Assembly: GCF_018350175.1 (NCBI RefSeq)
Contig: NC_058377.1
Coordinates: forward strand, 108,252,001 to 108,316,000
Origin: Felis catus
Taxonomy: Eukaryota
Direction: 5' to 3'
Length of the DNA stretch: 64,000 bases
Positions 49,601-60,300 of the stretch are shown one piece after another. The stretch's first letter is position 1. Every line of letters begins with the position of its first letter. The notes under the pieces are model-generated. The model had not been told where the DNA came from. It made no database searches and worked only from the letters and a program-made list of their open reading frames with translations. A program made the translations under genes and the position numbers.

Positions 49601-51876
49601 AGAGCCCTCCGGAGTGGGCAAGCCCCGTCAGCCTCAGAGTGGGGCATCGACTGTTCTCCATGCGGCCCCCTCAGCACCGTCTCCCCAGACCCCACCCCCA
49701 GCTCTCTCTGCCTTCTGCCCCGCCCCCCCCCCCCCCCCCCCAGTGTTCTCCATGACCCTCCCCTCCAAGCCTGCAGCCCAGACGGCCACAGCCAGCTCTG
49801 CCAGGCCAGGTCATCGGGCAGAAGCCAGGAGCTGGCCATTCCCCCACAGCTCCTCATGTACCCGGTGGGGAGACCCAGGGTCTGCAGAGAGGGCTGGGAG
49901 GGGAAGCAGCAAACGGACCTTCGCTGTGCCCACATGCGCGCGTGTGTGGATGTGTGTGCGTGCATACACCTGTGCGCGTGTGCATGACCGTACCCGTGTG
50001 GACACACCCCACACCTCCCTCTCACCTGCACGAACCCTCCGATGCAGCCAGCTATGAAGACGTGTATGTAGCTGGGTGGCTGGGCCCGCCGTTCCCGGTG
50101 AGAGGTTGCCGTGAGCGCCAGCAGGGTGTTGCTGTAGACCCCGAACAGGACGGAGTTGACCATGGCTATGCTCGCAATGGGGAAGCTCATTCCCTTGAAA
50201 AAGCCCAGGAGCTGTAGAAGGATGTGGCAAATGCTAAAGTGGCTGGGGGACCAGGGAGGCCTCCTCTTCTCCCCTCCCACCTCTGGCAGGGTCTCCTCTG
50301 GCTAGAAACCACTCCTGAAACCTGCCGAAGGGAGGTCGAGGCAGCCCCAGGTCCATCCTCGGGGCACCAAGCTACCACCCAGCCCCGGGTAGCCCCAGAC
50401 TTAGGTCATCTCTCTTCCAGGGACAGAGCCCTGCCAGGGGGCAAGAAAGCTGGTGCTGGCCACCCGGAGGCCTCCTATGCCAAAGCCCCAAAGAAGCAAG
50501 ACACCCACCGACTCATGGCGGTAAGTCTTCACCATACAATCGATGATGCCCCGGTATGTGGTCTGGGTCTGTAGCCGCACCTGGGTGAGGAGGACAGAGC
50601 AGGCAGCCCAGCAGGGATGAGCAGAGATGGCTCTAGCCCAGCTCCTCCCTCTGCCCAGCAGGATGCCAGCAGGGCAGGACTGATAGGAAAGATCCCCCTC
50701 TCAAGGCATCCTGACTGTTGGTTCAGGTCGTAGCCTTTCTTCCTTGAGCGCGTCCCCTCGACTCACCTTTACAGTGTCAAAAGGGTGTCCCAGGACCAAA
50801 CCCAGAGCTCCTGTGGGATAAGAAGACGGTATGAGTGAGGCCCCTTGCGCCATGCTGAGGAAGCAGGTGCCTAGAGGGAAGGGGAACTCGGGGGGAGAAA
50901 ATGGGGCAGCGCCCTACCTGCCAGACTCCAAAGAAACTCCAGCTGTCCCCTTTGCAACCTCCTCCACACCAAGTGCTGGGTGAGGCAGGCATGGGGACGT
51001 GGGGACATGGGGACAATCAGAGAGAGCCCTGGCCCCACCTGGAGGACACAGGCCGAAGGGAGGAGCCAGCCACAGACACCACGTCCTCGTAGCGTCTAAC
51101 ACTGCCTGTCTTGCCTACTTAACCGTGGGGCGGTGGGATGGGTTCTCCAGTGCTCCTGCCCCGCTGCCGGCCTGACTCCTTCCCTCTTGCCTTCCACTCA
51201 CTACTGCCGTGGAGTATGTGGCCTCGATCCAGACGGGGCCCTGCTCTCCCCCCCTCCCCCCCCTCGGCCAGCAGTGCGGAGCTGGGAGCCCTTAGAACAG
51301 TCGTGCTGACACCAGGGGAGGAGGGTCCCGGCCCCCAGGCCATCTCCCCTGTGTAGCAGGTGCAGGCTCTGGAGACAGAACCTTCTCAGGAAGGCAGGTT
51401 CGAAACGTCCCTCTCTTTTCTTCTGAGAGAAGTGTCACCCAGAAGCTGGGCTGGGTCCCCAGCACAGCAGGCCTCAGCGACAGGGCCTGCAGCCCACGGC
51501 TGGGTAGGGCAGAGGCCCAAAGGGGAATGCAGGACAGCTGCTGGGGTCAAAGGTGAACTTCCTTTCTGAGCCCCCCAGGGTGGGCCTAGGGAAGCGGGGT
51601 TCCTGGGGCGGGTCTGCAGGCGCAGGTGAGTCTGGGGGAGCGCTCGCCTTGGCCCTGGAGGCGAGGGCAGCTCGGCTTCCTCTCCGCTCCCCTCAGGCAA
51701 CTGCCAGGAGGCTCCGGGATAGCTGGCTCTGGGTGCTTCTGGGCCACCAGGACTTTGGTCTCAGCTCCTCCCAAATCACCAGGAAGTGACCCACCCCTGG
51801 GGTGGAGGGGATGTGACAGAAGGGAGAAAAGTGTCTCACCAGAGATCCAGCCGGCCACAAACTCCTCCACGGGCAT
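46605..51876 (-). CDS. SLC25A45: Solute carrier family 25 member 45, mitochondrial carrier, 289 aa
   Basis: GT-AG coding exons (minus) 51876-51840, 50810-50767, 50580-50509, 50211-50026, 47289-47028, 46873-46605 total 870 nt in frame. MPVEEFVAGWISGALGLVLGHPFDTVK...; three Px[DE]xxK motifs (PFDTVK, PFDLIK, PLDVIK); ends FLSYEYLLRSWG*. Confidence 0.95.
48667..48877 (-). mobile_element. Can-SINE in SLC25A45 intron
   Basis: TSD TGTT(C/T)TGCTTT at 48659 and 48878. Confidence 0.9.
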
Positions 51877-52246
51877 TGTCCGGCAGGGGCGGAAACTGGT
51901 GGCTCCGGCAGAGACACTGGTGAGTGCCGGTTCCTGGTCTCCCTCCCCCTGATCTGCCTGATAACCTGCCACTAATGTTTAACTCTGCCCGTAGGGTGAG
52001 CAGTGGCCCGGTGCCCAGACCTCGGCACCAGGAGAAGGGAGGGAGCCAACTCGGGTGGCCTCGACAGCGGAGGAGGGCGCCCCGTGTGAAATCTCAGGGC
52101 AGGGGTGATGGCCCAGGTGGCCTGACCCCCTGCCGGCCAGCGACGGCCTCGCGGCCTCCCACGGTGACCAGGCAGGGCAGCCGGGCCCCAGCCTCCAGGG
52201 CTGCCTCCGGCTTTAACGAGCTTGTTGAGGGCAAGGCCCTGCTTAC

Positions 52247-52520
52247 CTGGCCCAGCGGGCCCCAACCCCCTCTATCCCCACAGCACCTCACGCCAGGCTG
52301 TCGCCCACTCGGGACAGGCGGCCAGGCCTGCAGAGATGGGGCATGGCCACCAGGGGGCAGACAGACGGCGTGGGAGGAGAGGAGTGATTCTTGGGCCTGA
52401 GGCCCGGCCTTCTCCCAGGGTTGTCTATGGCTCCCCAGCTCCCTCGTGTGAGTCAGAAACAGCTTCCCTCGCTTGGCCTTCTCTTCTCCATCCCTCCTTT
52501 CTAGGGGGAAAGCTGGGGAT
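52247..52520 (-). promoter_or_regulatory. SLC25A45: Putative SLC25A45 non-coding exon and promoter region
   Basis: Minus-strand donor CCAG|GTAAGC at 52247/52246; candidate acceptor CACCAG about 19 nt upstream of the ATG; AP-1 TGAGTCA at 52449-52455. The 5' boundary is a guess. Confidence 0.5.
52344..52362 (+). promoter_or_regulatory. CTCF motif
   Basis: TGGCCACCAGGGGGCAGAC, near-consensus. Confidence 0.65.
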
Positions 52521-52862
52521 TTCAAGCGTGTAAAGGCTGGTGTGTGTCTCAGTTCAAGGGTTATGACTGCCCGTTTCTCTTTGGACAATAACCCAAACTG
52601 ACAAGGCAGGGACCTGAATCCCTCTCTCCCGCTCTCGGCTTCCTTCGACCAAGCTTCTCTGTTGCCAATACATTCAACATGCTACAGCGTGCACCGTTAT
52701 TCCACTCGCCCATCGGCTCTTTACGAGCTGAGTGTGGTTAAATACACTCCTCCGTGTTGTTTTGAAAATGGTACTTCACATCATTTAAAAATTGTGTTGC
52801 ATCTTTTGAGAAATTAGACGACCGTTCATGCCTTGTGTTTCTCACACCTGTCTGGTACTTTT

Positions 52863-52896
52863 TTTTTTTTTTTTTCAACATATGAAGTTTATTGTG
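52863..52896 (-). mobile_element. 34-bp L1-type micro-insertion
   Basis: 15-bp TSD CTGTCTGGTACTTTT at 52848 and 52897 around a T-tract plus CAACATATGAAGTTTATTGTG. Confidence 0.8.
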
Positions 52897-53509
52897 CTGT
52901 CTGGTACTTTTATCTTTTCTGCTTCCGCCCTCTCTCTCTCTGCCTTAGGGGGGCCGATGTACATGAGCAGAGGCAGCATGGGCTGTGGTGTCGTCCGGTC
53001 TCAGCTCTGCCCCCACCAGCCAAGTGATCTGTGGCAAGGCGCGTGCTTCCCGAGGCGCTTTTCTCCCACGTCCTTTGGGAGTCTCCAGAGGTCACTAGAG
53101 GGGGTTTCTGGGGCGGTGGTGTTCACGTTCAGGATCACGACCTCATCCAGGGCTGTGTTTCTGACTTTCTCCATTACACTTGAATGATTCCCTTGCAGTG
53201 GGGCACGGGAGCACAGCGGCAGTCCCGCAGCCTTGGGGGCAGAGGCAGGGCATCAGGGCAGACCCGTGGGTGCAGGCAGAAAGCGCTGAGCTTGCTGAAC
53301 ACAATGAACCTCCGACATTAACAGAGCGCACAGGGCTTCTGATGTAACGTGTTGTTTCCATCGACAGCCACAGAATATTCTGTCAGATTCTATTCTTAGG
53401 TATGCTGGGTAGTGGGGCGGGGGCGGGGTCTTCTTTCGAGGGCACAGAGATCCAGTGCTCAGGTGCCATGGCCCACAGAAATCTGGGAAGACACCAAATG
53501 TGGGTCCCA

Positions 53510-54210
53510 ACCTTTGGAGTCCTCCTTGACCCCTCCCTTTCCCTCATATCTCAATAACACTCCATAAGGAAACTGTGTTGGGTTGGTATTGCCTTCAAAA
53601 CACATCCCACACCCCAGCCCTCCACACCTCCTCCCCTGCTACTACCCAGGCCCGAAGCCACCATCACCTCCGCTTGGATCCCTGCCTGGCCTCCCTGCCT
53701 CCACCCCTGCCCCCTTCCAGTCTGTTCTCCACCTCGCAGCCAGAGCTATGCAGGTGAAATTTAAGTCAGGCCATGTCGGTCCTCTGCTCCACACCCTGCA
53801 CGGGTCCCATCCTGCTCAGAGTCAAAACCAAAGTCCTTCCTAGGCTCTAGAAGCCTTCACAGTACAGCCCCATGCTCTTTTGACCTCCATCCCAGCCACT
53901 CTGGCCTCCTTCTCTTCTTCAGAAGGGTTCCTGGCTCCAGGCCTTGGGCATCGGCTGTCCCTTCTCCCTGTTGGCCTGGTCTAGCCTGGACTCAAACGTC
54001 ATCTGCCTGGCATTCCTGGTGCCCCTTTCCTGGATCTACCTTTCCTTTCTTTCATCGCACTCATCACTGTCTGATGCACTGTGTCATTAACTTGTTGTCT
54101 GGGCTGGGATCTCGGGCTGTTTTGTTTACTGATGTTATCCCGAAGGCTTAGAACAGCGCGTAGCACAGAGTAGGCACTCAGTCAATATTTGTTGCAAGTG
54201 CGAATGAGCA
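53510..54210 (+). mobile_element. L2 remnant
   Basis: CCTTTGGAGTCCTCCTTGAC...GTAGGCACTCAGTCAATATTTGTTG 3' end. Confidence 0.7.
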
Positions 54211-55211
54211 GACAAGCGAGGGAGCAGCATTAGTGGGCAGCCTTGCAGCCACCCCTGGGTCTCCAGTTCTCTAGCCCCATCTCCAAATGGCCCCAAAGGA
54301 TGTAAAGTCCCCACAATACTCCTACCTGCCCCTCCAGATCTCGTGGCAACTCTTACTTCCCCAGCAGATGCCCAAGAATCAGTCCCGCTCACCCTTCCGC
54401 TTTCCCACTGTGGCCAAAGCAGCATCCACCCCCCACTACTTTCTTGCGGGCAGACAGGTCCTACGAAGCGGGGTTCACGTCTGACCTCCTGGGGGTCCCT
54501 GGGCTGCCCCAGTGACCTTCCTGAGTGCTGGCTTCTCACCAAGGGCTGGACTACAGTCCTCATTCTGCTGCGTACCCTCTCCCAAGGGATGGTGGGCAAT
54601 CCCTTCTGTGGGCCTTAGGGTCCTTCACTGCTTGCAGAGGTAGGAAACCAGCCCAGCTGATTGCTGAGTCTAAGGCCTCTTGGCTCTAAAGGCCTGAGGG
54701 CTGCTGTGCTCACATCAGAATGGGCCCTGCTCTCTTCTCTCATCCCAGCCCACCACCCCAGTTCAAGGGAGACCCACTACCACTCCCTGGAGCCCTGCCA
54801 GGCTAACCTTTTGCCTGGCAGAGCAGAGCTCTGACCTCGTCCTTCTCTAGCTCACAACCTCCAAAACATCCTCACTGCCTGCCAAACCCACCACACACCC
54901 CTCGCCCTGGTGTTCACACCCCCTCCCAGGGGCCACCCCATCTTCCCAGCCTCACCTGCTGTGCTCTGATTGCCCAGGGCTTCCCCGGTGTCCTAACCTC
55001 GCTCCCACAGTTCCCACTACTGGGAATGCCTTCAGGAATCTCTTCTGGTGCCCCTCCTCACGGGACGTGGGTTCCGGCCTCCTTACCACCACAGACTGCC
55101 AGACATCAGCTTTGTTATTTAAACGTTCTGATCCTATTTTTTCATCAACAAATGGAGATATACTGTCCACCTCCGAGTGTGGTATAAGGATTAAAGGACT
55201 TTGGAAAGAGA

Positions 55212-55405
55212 GGTGCCTGAGTGGCTCAGTGGGTTAAGCGTCCGACTTCTGCTTAGGTCATGATCTCATGGTTCATGAGTTGGAGCCCCTGTGCTGTCAG
55301 CTCAGAGCCTCGAGCCCGCTTTGGGTTCTGTATCTCCCTCTCTCTCTGCCCCTCCCCTGCTCACACTCTGTCTCTGTCTCAGATAAATAAACATTGAAAA
55401 AAATT
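55212..55405 (+). mobile_element. Can-SINE, internally deleted
   Basis: GGTGCCTGAGTGGCTCAG head, (CT)n region, AATAAACATTGAAAA tail. Confidence 0.88.
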
Positions 55406-56599
55406 ATAAGAAAAGAATGTGGCACATTGTATACGCTCCACAAACAGCAGCTGCTTACTCTTACTTCTACCCACGTGGGCCATGAGGGTGACATGAGGAG
55501 ACAGGGGAGGGCCTGGCACCCAGCAGGGCTCAGGTAGTTGTAGTTTTAAACCTGCATTTCTTCTGGGCTTCTCTCTTCCCCCTCTCTACCTCCACTCCCT
55601 AATTCAACCAGAACAGAAGCTTCCTGAGGGCAGGGCAGTGTCTCACCCTGGCCCCCATCCCCTGCCCTAGCCCAGACCCCACACCCAGTACGCACTCAAG
55701 CACACTGAACTGTGTCCCACTTTGCTCCCACTGGTTTAGGGAGGCCACCAAACCATCGTGTCCTGGTCTGAGGGTCCCAGAGCTTAGAACCTGGAGGCAG
55801 ATGCCCATTCTGACTGCACTCTTCTCTCTAGCTCACACCTGAGCTCCCTTGAGTCCTCGGTTCACGCGAGGAAGACATGTTGTAACGGGCTCAATTGCGC
55901 GGCAGTGTGGCTCCTGGAGGGCAGGTAAAGAGAGGTTTCAAATACTGAGGAAATTGTGCTGGGTTAGGAGATGGGGCAGCCTCCCAATGCAGGGGGCGGG
56001 GAGGAATCAGAGCCTGGTGAGCCCGCGCCTCCCCTTGCACCCCCACCATCCCTGATCACCCAGCCCATTGTGGTGAGAACAATTTCTGGTTCCTCTGGCT
56101 TAGGAAGGTGCCCCACGGACCTGTTTTTCTCCCTGAGAGCTACACCTCAGGCATACACATGCTGGCATTGCCAGGACATGTTGGTGACGTGACCCTGGGA
56201 TAATGGTTTCACACCTGTCTCTTCAGGGGCCCAATGCCTCTTTCTGGCGTGGGAACGGCTCAAGGTCTCCAGGCTGTGTGTCTAAGATAGAGAGGGCTCA
56301 CGTGACTGCACCTTGGAAAATCAAGTGTGTCTGGCCTGGGTTTCTAGCACATAACCTGAGAGTCCTAGGAGGCCACTGAGTTCAATCTCTTCATTTTACA
56401 GATCGGAAACTGGGGCCCGGGGGAGAAGGGGCTTGTCCAGGCCGAGTCCGTAGAAGGGCCCAGTCTTCTGACCGCAGCAAAGAGCCCCTAACCACTCATG
56501 GCCCAGGGGGAGCTGCTGCAGTACAGGCTGCTGCCTGAGTCACCTTTACGCAACACCCAGAACAGTGCGGGTCCCTGACACGTCCCAGGACGCATCTCC

Positions 56600-57250
56600 A
56601 TTTTTGCAAGTGAGGGCACCGGCCCCAAACCACGCGCAAGTGATTGCCCATAGCTCGGTCACCATTCCTGATTTCCTTGAACCTTCGCCACACCTTGTTA
56701 CAGGCCAGCGGGCAGGCCCGTGGAGGGGGGGTGGGGGGGGGGCGCTGCCCTCGGTCACCGTGTTGGTGGCGGGGATGTTTCGCGGCGCGGCCGCCTGGGG
56801 ACCAGGGGCGTAACCAAACACGCGAGGCCCAGATTTCCGCGGGCCCGTGAGAGGCGAGAGCGCGCCGGCGCCAGGCAGGGCGCGTGCGCCGCAGCCCCGG
56901 GCTCCCATTGGTTCCTGCGGGTTGGGAGGCGGGGCCGTGCGCGTCGCGCTTCCTCCGCCCCAGCTTCCGCGTCCTCGCCCCGGTAGCCGGACCCCGAGCG
57001 GGTGCCAGAGTCTTACCCGGTTTCAGAGCTGGAGTCGGACCGGAGGGGTCGGAGTTAGACCAGGACCCTGGGCTGAAGCGGCGGGCACTGACTCCCTGCG
57101 AGGTGAGAGCGCGGCGACGCCCTGCGCGGGTCCTCACCGCGGATGGGAAGGCGCCGTGCCCTGCCCGGGGCATCCCGGCGAGTCGACCCCGCACCTGACC
57201 ACCAGCCTCGAGCTTGAGTTGGCTGAAGACCCGCTGGTCTGCACACCGGT
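56600..57250 (+). promoter_or_regulatory. FRMD8: FRMD8 CpG-island promoter and non-coding exon 1
   Basis: CpG-rich; ATTGG at 56907, GC box near 56928; donor GAG|GTGAGA at 57102/57103. Confidence 0.7.
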
Positions 57251-57391
57251 GCCTCCAGCCAACGCTGTTCACTTTCGCAGATCAGCCCGGGACTCCAGCC
57301 TTCCTCAGTGAGAGTTTGAGGGGCTCCCCAATCCCCTCATCCCTGGACACTCCCTCCCCCCAGCGGCCGTTCTTTCTCTTTCCTTGTGTAG

Positions 57392-60300
57392 ATGGACGGG
57401 ACAGAAGGCAATGCTGGGCAACCGGGCCCCGCTGAGCGGTCCCATCGAAGCAGCGTGTCCTCCGTGGGAGCCCGAGGTGGGTCCCTGTCCCCCTCACCTA
57501 ATCTCCATACCCAGTTTGTGTCTCAGCCCTGGGGAAGTGGCCCTGGCTTGTCATCTCTCTCATTAAAGAGAATCTTATATAGTAATTAACAAATGAGGTC
57601 TGTGGCCGTGTGAAAAGTGACAGAAGACAGAGGACGTGGGCTCTGTCACTAGGCTGTTGGCCAAGTTGGGTACTGTTCTTGAACTTCCCTTTCTTCATTT
57701 GTAAAATGAACATATCTTTCATAGCTGTGGAATTGAAATGAAACCTCATGAATGAAAGTGCCACCTTGACTTTCTTAGATTTCTTTCTCACAAACAGCAG
57801 GGTGAAAGCAGGCATCGTTATCTTCATTTTATAAGGAAGGAGATTGGGCCCTGGAGAGGTTAAGTCAGTGGGTACTGGAGCCTGCATTGACTCTGTTTTC
57901 CCTACCTGAAAAGTGAGTCTGAATCACAGCCTCCCGGAGATTATTTTATGGTCTGTCAAGAAAGTAGCTGTTAGAGGCAGAACAGACTGGAGATCCAACA
58001 CGCACGTTCATGTGTGTTGATGATAAACTATGCCTTTGCCTCTCATAGGCTTTACCCCATTGGATTCACAGCTTGTCTTTGAGAGACGGGGATTAGCCCT
58101 GCTTTAATGAAGCAAGTCACATTCACACTTGCTGGAATCAGCCCACCAGCCAGGACCCCGGCTGGACTGGAACCCAGGTATTTGGGCCTCCGAGCTCAGG
58201 GGTCCTTCACTGTACCTGCAGTTCCAGGGATGGGGATTTGAATCTGGCTGCTCTTCTGAGGGCCTCCCTTTGGCACCAGACTCCAAATAAGAATCCTACA
58301 AAGCTGACACAAGTGAACACTCAACTTTTTAGGTTATATTTCTCCTGGCCTAGTTAGACTGTCCTGGAAGGCCATGGTGTTGAGTCCTGAGGCTTGGAGA
58401 ATCCTATGGAAGCTGAACCCTGGAACTTGCTTTACCCTGGGGTGGCCTTAGGAATCCCCTGTTCTGTCTTAGCTGGGGCCAGAGAGAGACAGCTACTTGG
58501 CTGAGGATAATAGCCAGTTGCCAACTCTCCTGCCTCGCAGCCTGATACGCTAACTCCTATAATCTCAGGACGGGTTTGGCCTGTCTCTGCCTCAGTTCTC
58601 ACCTGTGGAATGTTCTCCATCAAGGAAGAAGCCTAGGGAGCTAGGGTGGGGAGTTAGGGCCGGGCCAGAGTTGCTGTGTTTCTGGGTGGTTTGAGGGTCT
58701 CAGATAAGCCTTAACACCACTCGTCACAGGGTCTTTGGAAGATGCTGGGGCTCCGCCTCTAGAGTATGGAGGCGTTCTAAGGGATTGGGGCAGCAGGGGA
58801 GGGGGGCTCTTGCCCCAGTGGAGGGGGGTAGAGGGTTCCTGGTCAGCATGCCTCTGCCTACGTAGCAGGCCCAGCTGACCCTGCCCAGTTTCTGTTGTTG
58901 CAGCAGCTGACGTGCTGGTGTACCTGGCGGATGACACAGTGGTGCCCCTGGCCGTGGAGAACCTGCCCTCACTTAATGCCCACGAGCTGCACCGGGCTGT
59001 CCGTGAGGTCCTGCAGCTCCCAGACATCGCCCTGGATGTCTTTGCACTCTGGCTTGTCTCCCCTCTGCTGGGTAAGGCTTGGCAGTCAGAAGCCCAGGCC
59101 GGAGGGTTGGAAGGGCAATGACCAGTAGGGAGGGGACAGCTTCCGGAACCTCTGGCCCCAGACATCAGGAGAAAGCGGGACTTCTGTATGTCCTGGAGCT
59201 GTCCACCGCTTTTAGGATACCTGGATCCTCTGCCCCCACTCTCTCTCTGCTGGTGGCAGAGGAGGGGTCAAGCCTGCCCCTCAGCCTCACTGGTGCTGGA
59301 CCTGGGGCATGAAGAGGATCAGGACTGGGGGACAGGGATGGAAGGGATCTGCATTCACTGAGCATGTGGTCCATGCCACAACCTGAGCTGGCATTTCTTG
59401 AGCAGAATCTCTCCTCACCCTAATGGCCCAGCCCTGTCTTACAGATGAAGAAGGTGAGGTTTGGAGTGGTGGGTTCAGTGACTGGTAGGACCCAGATCAG
59501 AATGGAAGCCTGGACAGGGCCCCCTCAGCCAGCCTCTGAACTGCAACCTCCTCGTTGGGGGCAGGGAGGAAGGTGGGCCAAGGAAGCAGCCACCCCCGAG
59601 GGTGGGGTGGACAGGACGAGTGGGAACTTGACTTTTCTGCACGGGGCGTCCAGCCCTGCTTGGTTTCTGGTCCATGACCACCTGTGTCCTGTCCTTTCAG
59701 GCTGAGATCCCAAGGCGGGGAGGCGGTAGCTCTCCACATCCTCAGGCCTGGGGGCGGGGTGGGGGGTGGGGGTGTCCCTGAGGCCTCTGAATAGGGTCCC
59801 TGGCCTGCTGGCTCGCACAGGAAGAGGGCCAAAGGAGAGGGTGCCCCAACAGGTGCCAGGGCCAGGCATGTGTGCTGAGCTTAAATATTCTCCTTTCTTA
59901 TAGAGGAGCAGGGGCAAGAAGGGGGTGATGTGTCCCTCAGGGCCCCTAGTGGTTACCTCTTTGTCAGGCCAGTGGGATTTGTGCCTCTGCCCCAGAGGGA
60001 GAATCTCTAGTGACCAGTGGGAGACGGAGTGCCCATCCTGTGTATCTCCATCCTGTCCATGTCCTGTGTCCAACCCCCCACCCTGCCCCGTTGGAACTTC
60101 CTGTCCAGCTGCTACTCTCGCCCACCCTCTTCCTGCTGGCAGGTCTCCTCCACCCATTCCCCATCCAGCTCAGCCTACCCCTTTTCCACCCTCCGGGTGT
60201 GGGTCGAAACTGCGAGCCCCTTGGTTTGTATCTTTGGGAAGCTGGTGGTGTCTGTTTCAAGGGTTTCGGCCGGCCCCTGCCCCGCCTCAGGCTCTGTCTG

